A DNA stretch of 64,000 nt from Blastocystis sp. Blastoise (taxonomy: Eukaryota; Protista; Bigyra: Opalinata), in the NCBI GenBank assembly GCA_039096225.1, contig JBBPEB010000026.1, positions 744,001 to 808,000 on the forward strand. Direction: 5' to 3'. The stretch's first letter is position 1, and each line of letters begins with the position of its first letter. Of the stretch, positions 41,230 through 55,533 are shown in pieces. Below the pieces are notes generated by a model that worked only from the letters and a program-made list of their open reading frames with translations, was not told where the DNA came from and ran no database searches. Made by a program: the position numbers and the translations under genes.

Positions 41230-43104
41230 ATGCAACAGTTATTATTTCTCTTTATCTTCGTGTCCTGTATATATATTTCATGCAGGTAATTTATAATGTC
41301 TATATTGATTTAGGTGCATTATGTGTTCTTTCTGAGGGCAATGAATTAATAAAAGTGAAATACGAGCAGTATTGTTTTGTAGGAAAGGAAGAAGTTTGGA
41401 TTATCTATGGACTTGTCAATAATATTCGAACTCAATTCTTTAAAACTAAGTGTTCATCAAGAGACTCTATATACAATGGAGAATTCTATGTGAATAAAAC
41501 TGACTCTATGATTTATGAAGCTACATTCACATTATCGTATTTGTTTCGATTATTTTTGTTTAAATGTTTAGTTCTTCATCTGGAACTGATGGATATCTAG
41601 CTATTTATGATGACTACGATACATTAGTGATGAAAGTTTCTGCTCATGGCTTGACAAGCAGAACTACATTTTTTTCATGTATTTATATATATATTTATTT
41701 TACATTTTTATTATAGAAATAGTATAAATTATATTAATGTATAATTTTCATTAAATAATATAGTATTCATTTATATTTTATATATATATATATATATAGT
41801 ATTTCATCCAATATCTCAACATGATTCTGTTTCTTATAAATCGGATAATGTGGATTCTGATTGGATGACGAATACTTATGATTATTCTAATTGGTCGAAA
41901 ATCAACTTTGGCCAATCAAAAGAGCCTTCAGAACAAGTACAGTATTATATAAAGGAATTTGATATATCGAATCTATATACATATGCTGCTTATACACTTG
42001 GATTATTATATACTGGCGAATGTTTTATTTATTTAAATGGATATTTAATTTGGAATGCTAATAAGTATATATTTATTGTGATAAAGTTAGTATTTTTTAT
42101 ATATTTATTTATTTATTTATTTATTTATTTATATATTATTTATTTATTGATATTTATTTATTTATATATTTATATATTTATATATTTATTGATATTTATG
42201 TATTTATTTAATTATATATTCTATATATATATTCTATATATATTCTATATATAGGACAAATACACAAGAAATGATCTATTCAAAGTATATATATATAATA
42301 ATAGAAATAATAAGAATTATATATATATAGAATAGTATTATCGACAGCTGCTTTGTTGGAACACAATCGACTTTCGATTTCTGTTTCATCTCCATCTGCC
42401 AATCAATATCTTGATATGTACATATCCCTCTTTTATTCTAACGAAGATGAACGTATATATATTTTAGTTATTCTTTGAATATTCAATTACATATATTCTT
42501 TATTTCATTTAAACTATTTTTGTTTCATATTATTCTAAAAAATAGTGAACGATATTTATTATTATGTATATATATATTTATATATAGAATGTGCCTATAC
42601 ATTAGATAAATTTTCTCTTTCTTCTTCTTCTTCTTCTTCTTCTTCTTCTTCACTTTCAAATATTATGGATTTTAAGGTATTAACAAGATACTCAGACAAT
42701 TTTTATAATACTACTGCTATTACTTTTACTATCCTTCTTAATAATACGTATATATATGCTTTATTTTTCACTATACATATAATAAAATTTATTTTTGTTT
42801 TATAGTTTTTTCTATTTATTACTATGAATTGAATTATTTTATATAATATTTATAAATATATTATTATATAAATACTAATGAAAATCTTAATATAGATATA
42901 TTCAAATTAATGATTATATTATGTTTGAAGGAACAATTCTTGGTGCGTCACCTTGTTCGTTTGATTTAACTGGTAGAAATAATGATGACGAAGAATGGAC
43001 TATATTGGACGTTAAAGAGGATTATCCAATCAGATCTTATTCCAGAGAAACACAACTATTTGCAAATACAAAAGCTTATAGTCAATATCAATTTAAAGTG
43101 AATC

Positions 43105-43168
<64 letters not shown>

Positions 43169-43761
43169 TTATTAGTCTTATCATTATAATATATATATAT
43201 ATACATATATAAAGAGGTTTGTACGGGTACAAAAATATCTTTATCGGATATTTACCTTCGCACGTGCGGCCAATCTTCTAAAGGACTGATATATCCTGCA
43301 AATAATTATGATTTCGCAATGAATATACCGATTCCCGTGGTTATGCCTCTTTATTCAGGATATTCAAGTATTCATGTATCTCCAGATCTTCCCACGGGAA
43401 TTCATCTAAATAGGAATACTGGTCTTCTTTATGGAACTGTATTTATTATGTTTATTATTATATTTATTATGTTTATTTTCATGTTTATTATATATATTAT
43501 ATTTATTATATTTATGTTTATTATTATTATTATTATTAGCCTACAAGTGTTTCGGAGAGTGTATTATATACATTTACAGTTGGTTCACTTCCGATATCAA
43601 CTCAAATGTTTATCTCTGTTCATTATTGTCAAGGAGTTCTAGTTAAGATTTACCGTGATTATTCCAATAAAGCGTCTCTTAGCGAATCATTTTCTCTCTA
43701 TAATCAATTACCCAATCAATATTCATTTATACAAGAACCTTATATTAAACCTAGAAATGGA

Positions 43762-43839
<78 letters not shown>

Positions 43840-44491
43840 TAGATATATTTGATGTGTGTCTTCCTAAAACGGATTATATACTTGATCTTCATCTATATTC
43901 AATGAGTGGGTCAACATCATGGGCAGACAATAGTTATTTCGCGGTATATTTGGCGCCAAATACAAATAGAGTCAGTTATAATCCCTCTGATTTATCCAAT
44001 TATATTCAAATATTACGATGTCGATATGATGTTATGTTAACAAATACTTATTCTTTCTCTAGTATATATATTAATAATTATACTATATATAATACTATAT
44101 ATAGCTAATTTTCTTCTTAGGGGAGGGGACCAATGGCGGTATTCTTCTTCTTTCCCGCCATCAAATTGGATAAATCCCTCTTTTGATGACTCCAAATGGG
44201 AGTTAATATCCGTTTCAGAAACCCCCATCCCTCCAACAGCTCATTTTTACCGCCATTCTATTCAATTTAATAGTACTATATATACAAATACTAAAGATAT
44301 AATTAATCTATTTATATCCTATAAAAGTGGAATTATAATTTATATTAATGGAGAAATTGTGTTCTCTAATAGAATAAAAGAGTATATATATATATATATA
44401 TATAGTTATATATATATTATATATATATATATATAGTATATCTCCAGATACTCATCCTTCGTCTTCTTATACAGATATTATATATAGAAGG

Positions 44492-44522
<31 letters not shown>

Positions 44523-47500
44523 ATAATATAATAATAATAAATATATAGAATTACTATTCCTCTGTCTGTATTCCATGAGGGAAACAATATCATTTGTGTC
44601 GCTGTAATCCCTGAACTTAACGATGAGGCGTCATATACGTTTGATATTGCCATGACCAATGTTGGAAATGGTCCTTCTTATTCTATTTATCATACTATAG
44701 CTACTCCTGGAACAGAGAATTTATATAGATATCAATATATGACAACGACTCATGTGAATATAACTGAACACCCCTCAATTTGTGTTTCTTCTTCAATAGA
44801 TGAGTATATATTCTAGTTACACATTATTCTATATATATATATCATTTTTGAGTTGATTTTATAATATCATTTATCTTCTATTAATATATATATATTATTC
44901 TTATAGGTTTTCATATACTACGTTTTATGCGATGACAGTTTCTTCGTCATCACACCCAATCACGTGGGATCTTCAGGCGCGTCATCATGTATTCAACACA
45001 AGTGATGACGAGTCCTGGATCACCTTAGATCATAAAGAATCTATTGATTATTCTTATCTCTCTTCTAGAAGATTATTCTTTACTATTTCTCCAATAAAGA
45101 GAGGTATATATAATGAATATCGTTTGACAAATATTATTTCTTCATCTTCTTCTTCTCCCAATATATATGATTTGAATAGTTTCGAGTTATTTACTTCTCC
45201 TTCTCCTCCTTCTCCTCTATTTAACTATACTTCAAAAGGATATACATATAAAGGTACATATATGGATCAAATGATCCCTAAAAATTATGTGTATTACCAC
45301 GATTATTTGACTATTCCAACTCTTCCAGAAGGAGTCTCTATTGATTCCATTACCGGTATGATTCGTGGAATTCCCGCGGTTATCCCAAATAGTTTTGAGT
45401 ATACTATACATGCAAAAGATGTCGAAGATCAAGAATATTCTCAACAAATAACCGTGGGAATTATGGATTGTAAAGAGAATCATGATTTATGGACTGTTCA
45501 ATATATATATAATAATAGAAATCGAGAAGTAAGTACCTCTTTAACATCAGAAACAGTATTCTTAAAGGCTAATGGTATTAATAATAAACGAATTAATAAT
45601 CCTTATAATGAGTATGTATATGTATTTTTTTATTTAGTTTATTATTATTAGTAGTAGACTATTTTAATGATTATTTTTATCACTTTTATAAATATATAAT
45701 AGAAATATATAATATAAAAATATAATATAAAAATATATTATAAATATATAATATAAATAAATGATACATTTCTATATATAGTTACGAGGATCCCTCAATA
45801 GATATTACACATGAACGTATATATACTGAATGTCTTCCTTTTGGTAGATATATACTTACTATTGAGGATGAAAAGAATGCATTAAAGTACCCTTATGGTT
45901 ATACTATATATAACTCAGAGAAATCATTAATATATACATCTTCTTTACATAAAGAAGAAACGAAGAAACAATATATTATCGACACAACCCTTCCTATACA
46001 GTCGGGAGTTACTGAATGGAGTTATTTGACATCCAATAGTTATCCTTCATCTGATTGGACGAAACGAAGTTATGATATCAAATCCTGGCCCGTTACAAAA
46101 GAATCAATTATTAAACATAAAGAACAATCAAATTTATTCTTAAGAACTTATGTATATATTTAAATATTATTTACTTATTATTCATTTTCGTTTTATACAT
46201 AATTTATAGTTAATAATCTATATATATTTTTTTACTTGCTATTATTTTATAATATATATATTATTTTTACATATTATTATGTCTATATATATTTATATCT
46301 TTTTTTGCTATACTTATTATTCTTTTAAATTATATATAGTTTTCATTATATAATATAACACGATATTCTTCTGTGAATATATATATGAAATGTAATAGTA
46401 AAGTGATTGTATATTTTAATAGTCATATTTTATATTCTTATTCTGATGGTACTTCAACTGTCCATGATCATCATTTCTCGATTCCATTACAAAATAATTA
46501 TATTAAAACAGAAAATAATATTCTTGCAATTTGGATTATGACGACTATAGTTCCTTCTGAAGGATATATATTTAATTTCGATATGTCTTATAATAATCAA
46601 CCATATTCAGCTGAATTCAGACAATTTCAGATTTACGATGAATCTTCTACAGAGACAAATCATACAGCTATGAATATGTTTGATAATAATTATTTAACAA
46701 GCACAATATTCACGGGAATGAAGCAGCAAGTGACACTAGTTTTTGGAGAGCATGTTATGCCTATATCACGATTCAATTCTTTATATATTCAGACACTTTC
46801 AGACAATATTCCAGAAACAATCACTATAAAAGGCAGAAATTCAGATTCTGAAGATTGGTTTTTATTATTAAATAAAGTATGTATATTTATATTGTTTTTA
46901 TTATTATATATTTTATTATTATATTTTTTATTATTAAATAAAGTATGTATATATTGTTTTTATTATTATATAATATATAATAATTTTTTCATTAGCATGT
47001 TATTGAACAGAAGCATACATTGGAATCTATTATCGATATTCCCATGGGAATGGTTATGTATACATATATATCTATTACATTTAATGAGGATCAAATCTCT
47101 ATACATAAGAGTGAAATAGTAGAATTATCTTTTGTTTATACTCCTTATTCTGGTCCTACATGCTATGCTATTGATGGATACTATGCTACAGGAGAAGATA
47201 CATATAGTTATAAATATTGTTCCAAAGGATATGAAGGACTAATGTCTAGATATTGTGATGGTATTGATTTTGAAAAAGAAGACAGTTCGAAGTGTATAGT
47301 ATCTCGTCCTAGTCATTTGAGTTATTCACAGTCTACTTATATTCTATATACATATACATCGTTTGATTCGATTGTTCCTTCCTATAATAATATTATTCAA
47401 ACATTTACTATTGAACCAGGTATATTTATACGATTAGTCTATTTATATATATATATGAAGTATAGAATAGTATTTTTATTTTTGCTTCTTTTTATAAGTC

Positions 47501-48406
47501 TATTTATCATATTCAATTTTTATTTATAATATTGTTCTGTTTTTATATCTATGAAAAATGATAAAAAAATAATAATATAAATATAATAATAATATAAATA
47601 TAATAATATAAATATAATAATATAAATAAAATAATATAAATAAAATAATAATATAAATATAATAATAATATAAATAAAATAATATAAATAAAATAATAAT
47701 ATAAATATAATAATCAATATATAATATAATAATAATATAATAAACATATAAATATAATAATCATATAACAATCCTATTCTATAGATCTTGCTGAGGGTTT
47801 AATATTTAATACAACAACTGGAGTTATTTCTGGAGTTTCAAAACAACTTAGTCAGTCTACTGAATATACTATAACAGGTAAGAATTCCCGTGGTTTTACA
47901 TCCTGTACACTATCTTTAATTGTTGAAAGTGGTATTTGTCCTTCATATAATGGTTTTAGTCAAACAAATTTATTTGAATATACAAGTATACCTTGTCCTT
48001 CAGGATATATAGGTATTCAAAATCGACACTGTATATTAAATTCAGAACAAACACAAATTATTTGGGGTGATATTGAAGATAATTGTACAAATATATGGGT
48101 ATATATAGGAACTATAGCTACAATTGTATTGATCATAGTACTGATAACCGTGGTTATTTTTACTACTTTTATCAATAAAAAACGAAAGTATATATAACAT
48201 TATTATTTTTTATTTTATTTTTTTATAATATCTATTGTTTATTCTATTTTTACAATATCTATTTTTTATTCTATTTTTACAATAATTAAAATTATTATTG
48301 TTTATATGCTAATAATCTATTTAAATATATATATATCTATTATAGGGCAGAAATAAAGCGATTACGTAGTCATATTGCAACTTCTGTGGTTAAACAAACT
48401 TATTAA
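41230..48406 (+). CDS. Large type I membrane surface protein with putative Ig (He_PIG-like) repeats and sugar-binding-like beta domains
   Basis: Signal peptide MQQLLFLFIFVS. Three repeats: 'LPTGIHLNRNTGLLYGT', 'LPEGVSIDSITGMIRGIP' and 'LAEGLIFNTTTGVISGV'. 'W...FDDSKW'-type motifs, a C-terminal TM 'WVYIGTIATIVLIIVLITVVIFTTF' and a basic tail; about 17 GT-AG introns. Confidence 0.85.
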
Positions 48407-48855
48407 ATAATTTTATATTCTTTTTTAAAACCATAATTTATATATTTTTTTAAAGCTACTATAAAGTTTAAAAAATATATTCGATGTTGTTTGTTAAAAT
48501 AACATTTAAAAAATATCCTTTTTTGTATCTCAAAAAAAAATATATATATAAAATAAAAACAAACAAATTTTTCATAAATAATTATATCTTATTATTACTC
48601 CTATTTGTATATTAATTATTAAAAAAAAAAACAATATTGTTCATACTATATATGACATACATATTTCAATATGAGCAAAGAATTAACAACAAATAATAAA
48701 GATAAGTATACAGTTAAAATTGTTAAAAATAAGATTTCATGAAGATAAACAATAATATTATATAAAAATAATCAGAGAGAGAAATTGATAAATATATATA
48801 TATTTATCAATAATATTATCCTATTGGAATACTAATTTATAAATATTTTCAATAC

Positions 48856-50429
48856 TTAAAAATCAATAAAGAAAGACGTACTTTGAATTTTGTTAATAGG
48901 ATATGAAATCTTTGGAATAGGATAAGGAGCCACACAATCTTCAAGTTCGTGAATATTATGAGCAAAGTATCGAGTTCCAAAAGCAGTTTTATTGTGATTT
49001 ATTAGTTTAATTAAGTCTTTTCGTTCTAAAGTGTGTTTGAAACAATACATTCTAGTTTGATCAATTTCATTTTCTTGATTTAAATAGGGACATAATAAAC
49101 TTGTTTCATGAACTATATAAACAGGACCTTTTAAAGGAGCAGAAAGTCGATATGCACGACCTTGATCACTTTTACCATTAGGACCATAATTATTGCCACT
49201 AAATAGTTTTGAATTAGAAAACCAACGAAAATGCAGAGTTCCAGATTTAATAGCTACAGGTAGAATGACTCTTAGAGCTCGTTGATCATCTCCTAAATCA
49301 GAATCATCAAGAGTAGCATAAAATAAATTTCGTAAAAAGTGTTGTGTACGTGAATTCCAATTATATATTAAAGCGTGGCCACTACAGAACCTCTCATCTA
49401 CTGTACGTGAGGTACATGAAAAATCGACATTTGTTGTTTTAAAAAAATCAAGTATCCTTGTACCTGCATTCGGTATGCAGAAAGATGAAGAAGAGTCTAA
49501 AGCTAACGTTGTTTTGAACGGAGTTAATCCTAAATATAAAACTCGAGTTCGAAATTGTCGACTTGATGTGTGATATTTAGTATTTGGTTTTCCTGGAAAT
49601 ACATGAAAAGGAGGTATAATCTTGATCATGATTCTTTTTGTTGATGTTATATTTGCTGAATCTGATGTAAAAATACATATTTGAATCTAGATATACGACA
49701 ATGAGTAATTCAAACATATATATTATATATATATTTATAGAAACTAGAATAGATTTGAAAAGATATATATTCAAATAGAGTAGTATATCAAAAGATGTAT
49801 TGTGAATACTTGATCATCAATTTGAGTCATTTTAAGAGCAGAACCATAAGCTTCTTTAAAATATTTTCTAGCTGAACTGGAATCTGTACTGTAAGCGAAC
49901 ATAATAACACCTTGCCCTTTCTTATCACGATTATCTAACGTTTTATAACCATGTGAATACCTTTCACTTTCATAATAATTGACAAATTCCTAAAAAAAAA
50001 TCAAAGATATTTATGTATATATGATCTTTTTTGTGAAAGTTAAAGTAAATGATATATTAGAAAAAAATAGAAAAAATATATAATGATACAAATAAATACA
50101 TCATTCGTAATCTGACGCGATGGGAGAGTTTTTGTGTTCTATAAATGATATTATACCAGTTAATGTGGAATATAAATACAGCTACAACGTTTTCAGTCAA
50201 CGTATCATTATTGAGAGTGTTTTTCATAGAGAAAAAAGCTCCATTAGTGGATTTGTTGCTTTTATAATTAATCTATAAATAGTTATGTTATTCATACATA
50301 CGAATAAGTGACATTATTTACATTCCAAATTGTTTGCATGCTTTCACACGTCATCATCAAATAATACGTTACTAAAGCCAAAAACAGAATGATCAATGTT
50401 TCCACACTGATGATGACAGATTTATTCAT
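48856..50429 (-). CDS. Type II membrane putative glycosyltransferase (GT-A / nucleotide-diphospho-sugar transferase-like)
   Basis: Anchor MNKSVIISVETLIILFLALVTYYLMM; 'TPFKTTLALDS' and 'DDQRALR' motifs; four GT-AG introns. Confidence 0.65.
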
Positions 50430-50519
50430 AATGTTATTTAACAAATAGAGGGTAAATGAGAGATATGGTATGAAACGTCAAAACCTGAAAATACTCGTTT
50501 TTTCTTTTCGGTTTTACCA

Positions 50520-50937
50520 AGAAGACTCTCTTGGAGTACAGACATTTCGAAAGTTTTTTTTTATTTTATTAATATTTTTTTAGGTTCTCAAAACGTAAAA
50601 CTAAATTTTTCTGGGGTAGGCTCCTTATCCTGAGTAGTAGATGACTAACCCTATTCAAGAAAATTCTCATAATTTCTTTTTATCGTTGTCCATGAAAACT
50701 CTTGATATTTATGAAAAATTCTTTAGGGTTAGTGAATTTTAAGAAACTGTAGAAACCATTTCGGGTTTGTGTTTTTTTTTATAGTATTTGCCACAAAGAC
50801 TCTTTTGGAGTACAAAATTGCTGAAAAATATTGTATTTATGGGTACCTTTAGGCACTTAAGACGTAGATAAAAACTCTCTTGTAGTATAGACAGTACTCG
50901 AAGTACAGTTTGGCGAACCCTGGCGTTGCCAACACTG
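50520..50937. mobile_element. Possible hAT-type terminal remnant
   Basis: The reverse complement of the right end reads CAGTGTTGGCAAC then CAGGGTTCGCCAA. Three degenerate ACTCTCTTGGAGTACA repeats and an internal inverted repeat are present; no matching left end was found. Confidence 0.4.
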
Positions 50938-51477
50938 ATTTTTCTTCAAACTTCATAATGAAAACAACTTTTTATTTTGTAGACTACTACAGTAATGTAA
51001 TTTTAATAAAAATACCCAAAATATATTAATATAAGAAAACACATAAAAGTGAAACTATTATTTCAAAAAACAAACAAAATTGTTGTTGAAATGAATTATT
51101 AATTGAGCAAATCTAAAAAGAATCGAGAAATTCTCTTACTCAATACTGTACGCCTTTCCTTTTATATATTTATTTAATGAAAAATACAAAATCAAATAAA
51201 AGAAGTAGATTAATTTGACTTTATACGTGCTATGTATTCATGATTTATAATATAAATCCGAAACATATGCTTTTAAGAGTTCTTAGGTTGACTATAAAAG
51301 TGAATATACTTAATAAAAGTCTAACAAAGAAAAAAGAAATAAATATTCGTGATTTTGATTGTGTATTTGACTGTTCCGTTTAAAATATTCATGGAAAATT
51401 TGTATGGTGAAAAGAAAAAAGTGTTTTGTATTTCTTTGCTTGTTAATCTTATTGATATTATAAAAGATTTGAGAAAT

Positions 51478-52740
51478 ATGGTTACCACGACAAAGTTAAC
51501 AGTTTCTAACAATGAAAGTGGATATTTTTCGTTGCCTATTTTTTTTGGTGATGTGCCTGGATGTAAAATACTGTATTGCAAGCCAAATAGTTTAAAGAAT
51601 GATGAAGATTCTAAGACTTTATTTGTCGCTAATTGTAATGATATTTCAGAAGGAGACTTTAAGAAATTATTTGGTAGTTATGGTGATATTGAAGATATTC
51701 AATTAGGAAAACTTGCTAAAGGAGATACGCAAGTTGCTTATATAAAGTTTTCTACAAAAGCTCAAGTTCAAAATGTAATAGATGCCATTCAATCAGAGTA
51801 TATATATATAATGTTTATTTATTATGTTGATAAAAATGATATAATTATAGAAATCCTCCTACTTTAGAACAAAAAAATACTCGAATTTCTTTTTTCCAAG
51901 GTATAAAAGTTTTATTTATTTTTTGATTTTTTTTTTAATAATAATATTATTTTTAATAATTATTTTTCTAAATAAGATTATTGGTTTGAATTATTATAAT
52001 AATATATAATAATATATAATAATATATAATAATATATAATATTTAGAATCCTTAACAGAATGTAGAGGCCAATATATGGATACAAAATCAATAAAAGAAC
52101 AAGCTTTTAAAACTATTAATGATTATAACGAACAAATGGAAGCTGTATATATATAATATATAATATATATATATATATATTCTTTATATTTTAAGATCTA
52201 TGAATATATTATAAATATTACTTTAGATTTTAATAGAATTTTTTGAGTTATATGTATAGAATATTAATAATAAACATAATAATCACTTTTAATATTAATA
52301 TAGAATATTATTTTTATAATACTCTTATATATATATATAGGAAGAGAATCAGCCTACAGTTGATGAAGATGGTTGGACTATTGTACGAAAAAAACGTTCT
52401 ATATATGATGATAATGAAGATGAACCTCCTCGTGTATTTAAAAAACCTAAAACTAAGGGAACTCTTCAAAATTTCTATAGGTATAGAATAATATTATTAT
52501 ATTAATCTGTTATAAAAGTGTTTATTATTCTTATTTATCATTTTTATTAACTATTTATTATTATTATTAACAATTTTTATATAATTATGAAACTATTCAT
52601 ATTCTCATTTAATGCTAATATATAGATTCCAAATTAGAGAAAATAAGCGTGATCAATTGATGAAACTTAGAGAACAATTTGAAAATGATAAAGAAAAGAT
52701 TAATAAGATGAAGAATTCTAGAAAGTTCAATCCTCTGTAA
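51478..52740 (+). CDS. RRP7: Ribosomal RNA-processing protein 7
   Basis: RRM 'KTLFVAN', 'DEDGWTIV' and C-terminal 'NFYRFQIRENKRDQLMKLREQFENDKEKINKMKNSRKFNPL*'. Confidence 0.93.
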
Positions 52741-53219
52741 TCATTCAGCATATCTCTGTGCTTATTTCTATATTAAAATGAATATGACTTATTTGATTGT
52801 TTGTTTATTTGTTATCTAATTATGTGTTTTTTTAATTCTTTAGTTTGTATTTCTTGTTGGATAAGAACTATCTAGTGTTTATCGTATATTAATTAAATCA
52901 ATTAACAATTTAACAAAGAGATTTTCTACATTGAATTATTTTCCTCTTCTATTTCTATAAATAAATCTACTCACTCATATCTTATGAATTGTTCCAGAGA
53001 CAAACAAAGCTATTTTACGCTATTTAACGTAAAAGTGATAAAAAATAGAATCACAAAATCAGAATATTTCAGAAAAAAAAGAAATTTTAATTGTTTTTCT
53101 TACCCATGAATAAAAGCGTAACTTCCGCTTTCATTTTCTTTTTTTCCATAATTCTAGTCACTTTTTACATTTTTTTTGATAACTATTTATCTTCATAAAT
53201 TAATTATTTGTTTTGATTC

Positions 53220-55064
53220 ATGGGTAGAAAGAAGAGAGAACAAATCAAAGAAGACTTTTGGTGTTACTATTGTGAAAGAGAATTTGAAAATGAAAAAACG
53301 TTGATGACCCATCAAAGTGCTCGTCACTTCAAATGCTCCACTTGCCATAAAAAATTAAATGATCTCGATGGTCTGATTAATCACATTGCTAATATTCATA
53401 AAGGAACTATTTCTGAAGTTCCTAATGCAATCAAAGGAAGAGAAGGCATTAAGATGTTTGTATTTGGTATGACTGGTATTCCAAAAGAACTTAAAATTGG
53501 TATAAACATTTTATTTTATTATTATTATTTTTTATTTTTAATAATAAAAAAAATAATAATATATATATTCATAATATATATATATATAGCTCATTATGCA
53601 AAGAAATATGGAGTCGATCCTAAGAATTTACCTTCAAGTATTTTACAATTAGTCAATGATTCGACATCTACTGTGGATATGAGTAATCAAAAAGAATTAG
53701 ATGATGCTTTATTAAAGAAGTTATCTGCAACTCAAACACCTATGATGCCTGCTATTCCTACAGCGTATATATATATAGTTATTATATATTTATTCTTTAT
53801 TTCTTTCTTTATTACATTTAGTATTATTATGTATATAAGTATACTATTCAATTCATATTAACATATTATACTATATATCTATGATTCTCTTTATATATAG
53901 AGCTACTTCTATTCCTTGGACCCCAACCCCTTATGCTGCTCCTGGATTCGTTCAACAACCAATGGCACCTTTTCAACAACGTATATTTATTTTATTTTAT
54001 TATATGTTATTTTATTATATTATATTTAATATATTTTATTTTATAGATATATAAATTATTTATTTATTTTATTATAATTTATTATAGATATATAAATTAT
54101 TTATTTATTTTAATATATTTTATTATAGATATATAAATTATTTATTTATTTTAATATATTTTATTTTATAGATATATAAATCATTTATTAATTTTATTAT
54201 ATTTTATTATAGATATATAAATGATTTATTTATTTTATTATATATTCTAATATTATAAATACTGTTATTCTTAATATACTATACTCTATAGCCTATATGG
54301 TACCCGGTTATGGATATGCTCCAAATATGTATATGCCGCCAAACCCTTATGGCGCGCCAGTGCGTCCCTCTATGCCCCCCACTATTCCACCAATGACATC
54401 TCCATTACCGAATCCATTAGCCAATCCATTTACTACTTCTCCTACTACTCCCGTTACTCCTACTCCTTCTATTCCTATTCCTTCTATTCCTAATACTACT
54501 TCAAACAATAATACTACATCTCCTACTATTAATAGTATATGAATAAATCATTTTATAATATATATATATTCTATATATATATTTTTTTGTTTTCTATGAA
54601 TTGTTATATATTTATTTTTCTATAGTGACTACGTTACCCATTTCTTCATTAACACCCTCATCCATTCCCGCCACTACACCCACTATTCCCGCCAAACAAC
54701 CTACTATTATCACAGAACCAGGAAAGAAACCTTATCAACTTATTTATGACAAAGAAGATATGTGCATGGTATATATATATATTATATTTATTTATTAATT
54801 TTTTTATATATTTATAAAAAATTATTATTATTAATAAAAAAATTATTATTATTAATAAAAAAATTATTATTATTAATAAAAAATATTATTATTAATAAAA
54901 AATTATTATTATTAATAAAAAATTATAAAAATACTATGATCTTTATATAGGAAGAATATAGAGCATCTTTTTCAAAATATATGTATGCAGAGAATACAGT
55001 ATTAAAAGCATTAAAAGAATTGGAAGATGAAAGTACAAATGTTCTCTCTAAATATCTTAGTTAA
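53220..55064 (+). CDS. ZNF207: BUB3-interacting zinc-finger protein (ZNF207/BuGZ/SUF4)
   Basis: 'MGRKK...WCYYCEREFENEKTLMTHQSARHFKCSTCHKKL...VPNAIKGR...VFGMTGIP', a Pro-rich middle and 'LIYDKEDMCM|EEYRA'. Confidence 0.93.
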
Positions 55065-55533
55065 ATAATTTTTATAATATATATATATATATATATTTCC
55101 AAACTTTATGTATATTGTATTTGTGTCTATTTTGATTGTTTACTCTATGGATCTAATTGTTGTTTTCAATCATTTTTGTTTGTTTAATGACGAGAAAAAC
55201 TATTTGAAATGATATATAAGTGAATCTTTAAATACAAATGCATAACGTAAAGCAAAAAACAAGGTTATAAAAATAAAGAAACAATACATTATTAATCCTA
55301 TTTTATTATTATTTCTTGATTTAGTTGCAACAACAATTTATAACAAAAAAAAAACATAGAGTCTATGATCCTTATTCCTTATTCATGATGAATTATATGA
55401 AAATATATTAATTCAGAAATATAATAAATTTTAGCTTTAATTTCATTAATATTCCGTGAATATTCATAAAAAAATATTTTAGAAATCTTGAATTGATAAA
55501 TCTTGAATTTATCTTTGGTTTTTGATTTTGAAA

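Noticed and set aside
54040-54930. Intronic minisatellites in ZNF207 (also 17470-17580 and 5955-6080)
   Set aside because: Ordinary AT-rich slippage repeats with no coding or structural signal.
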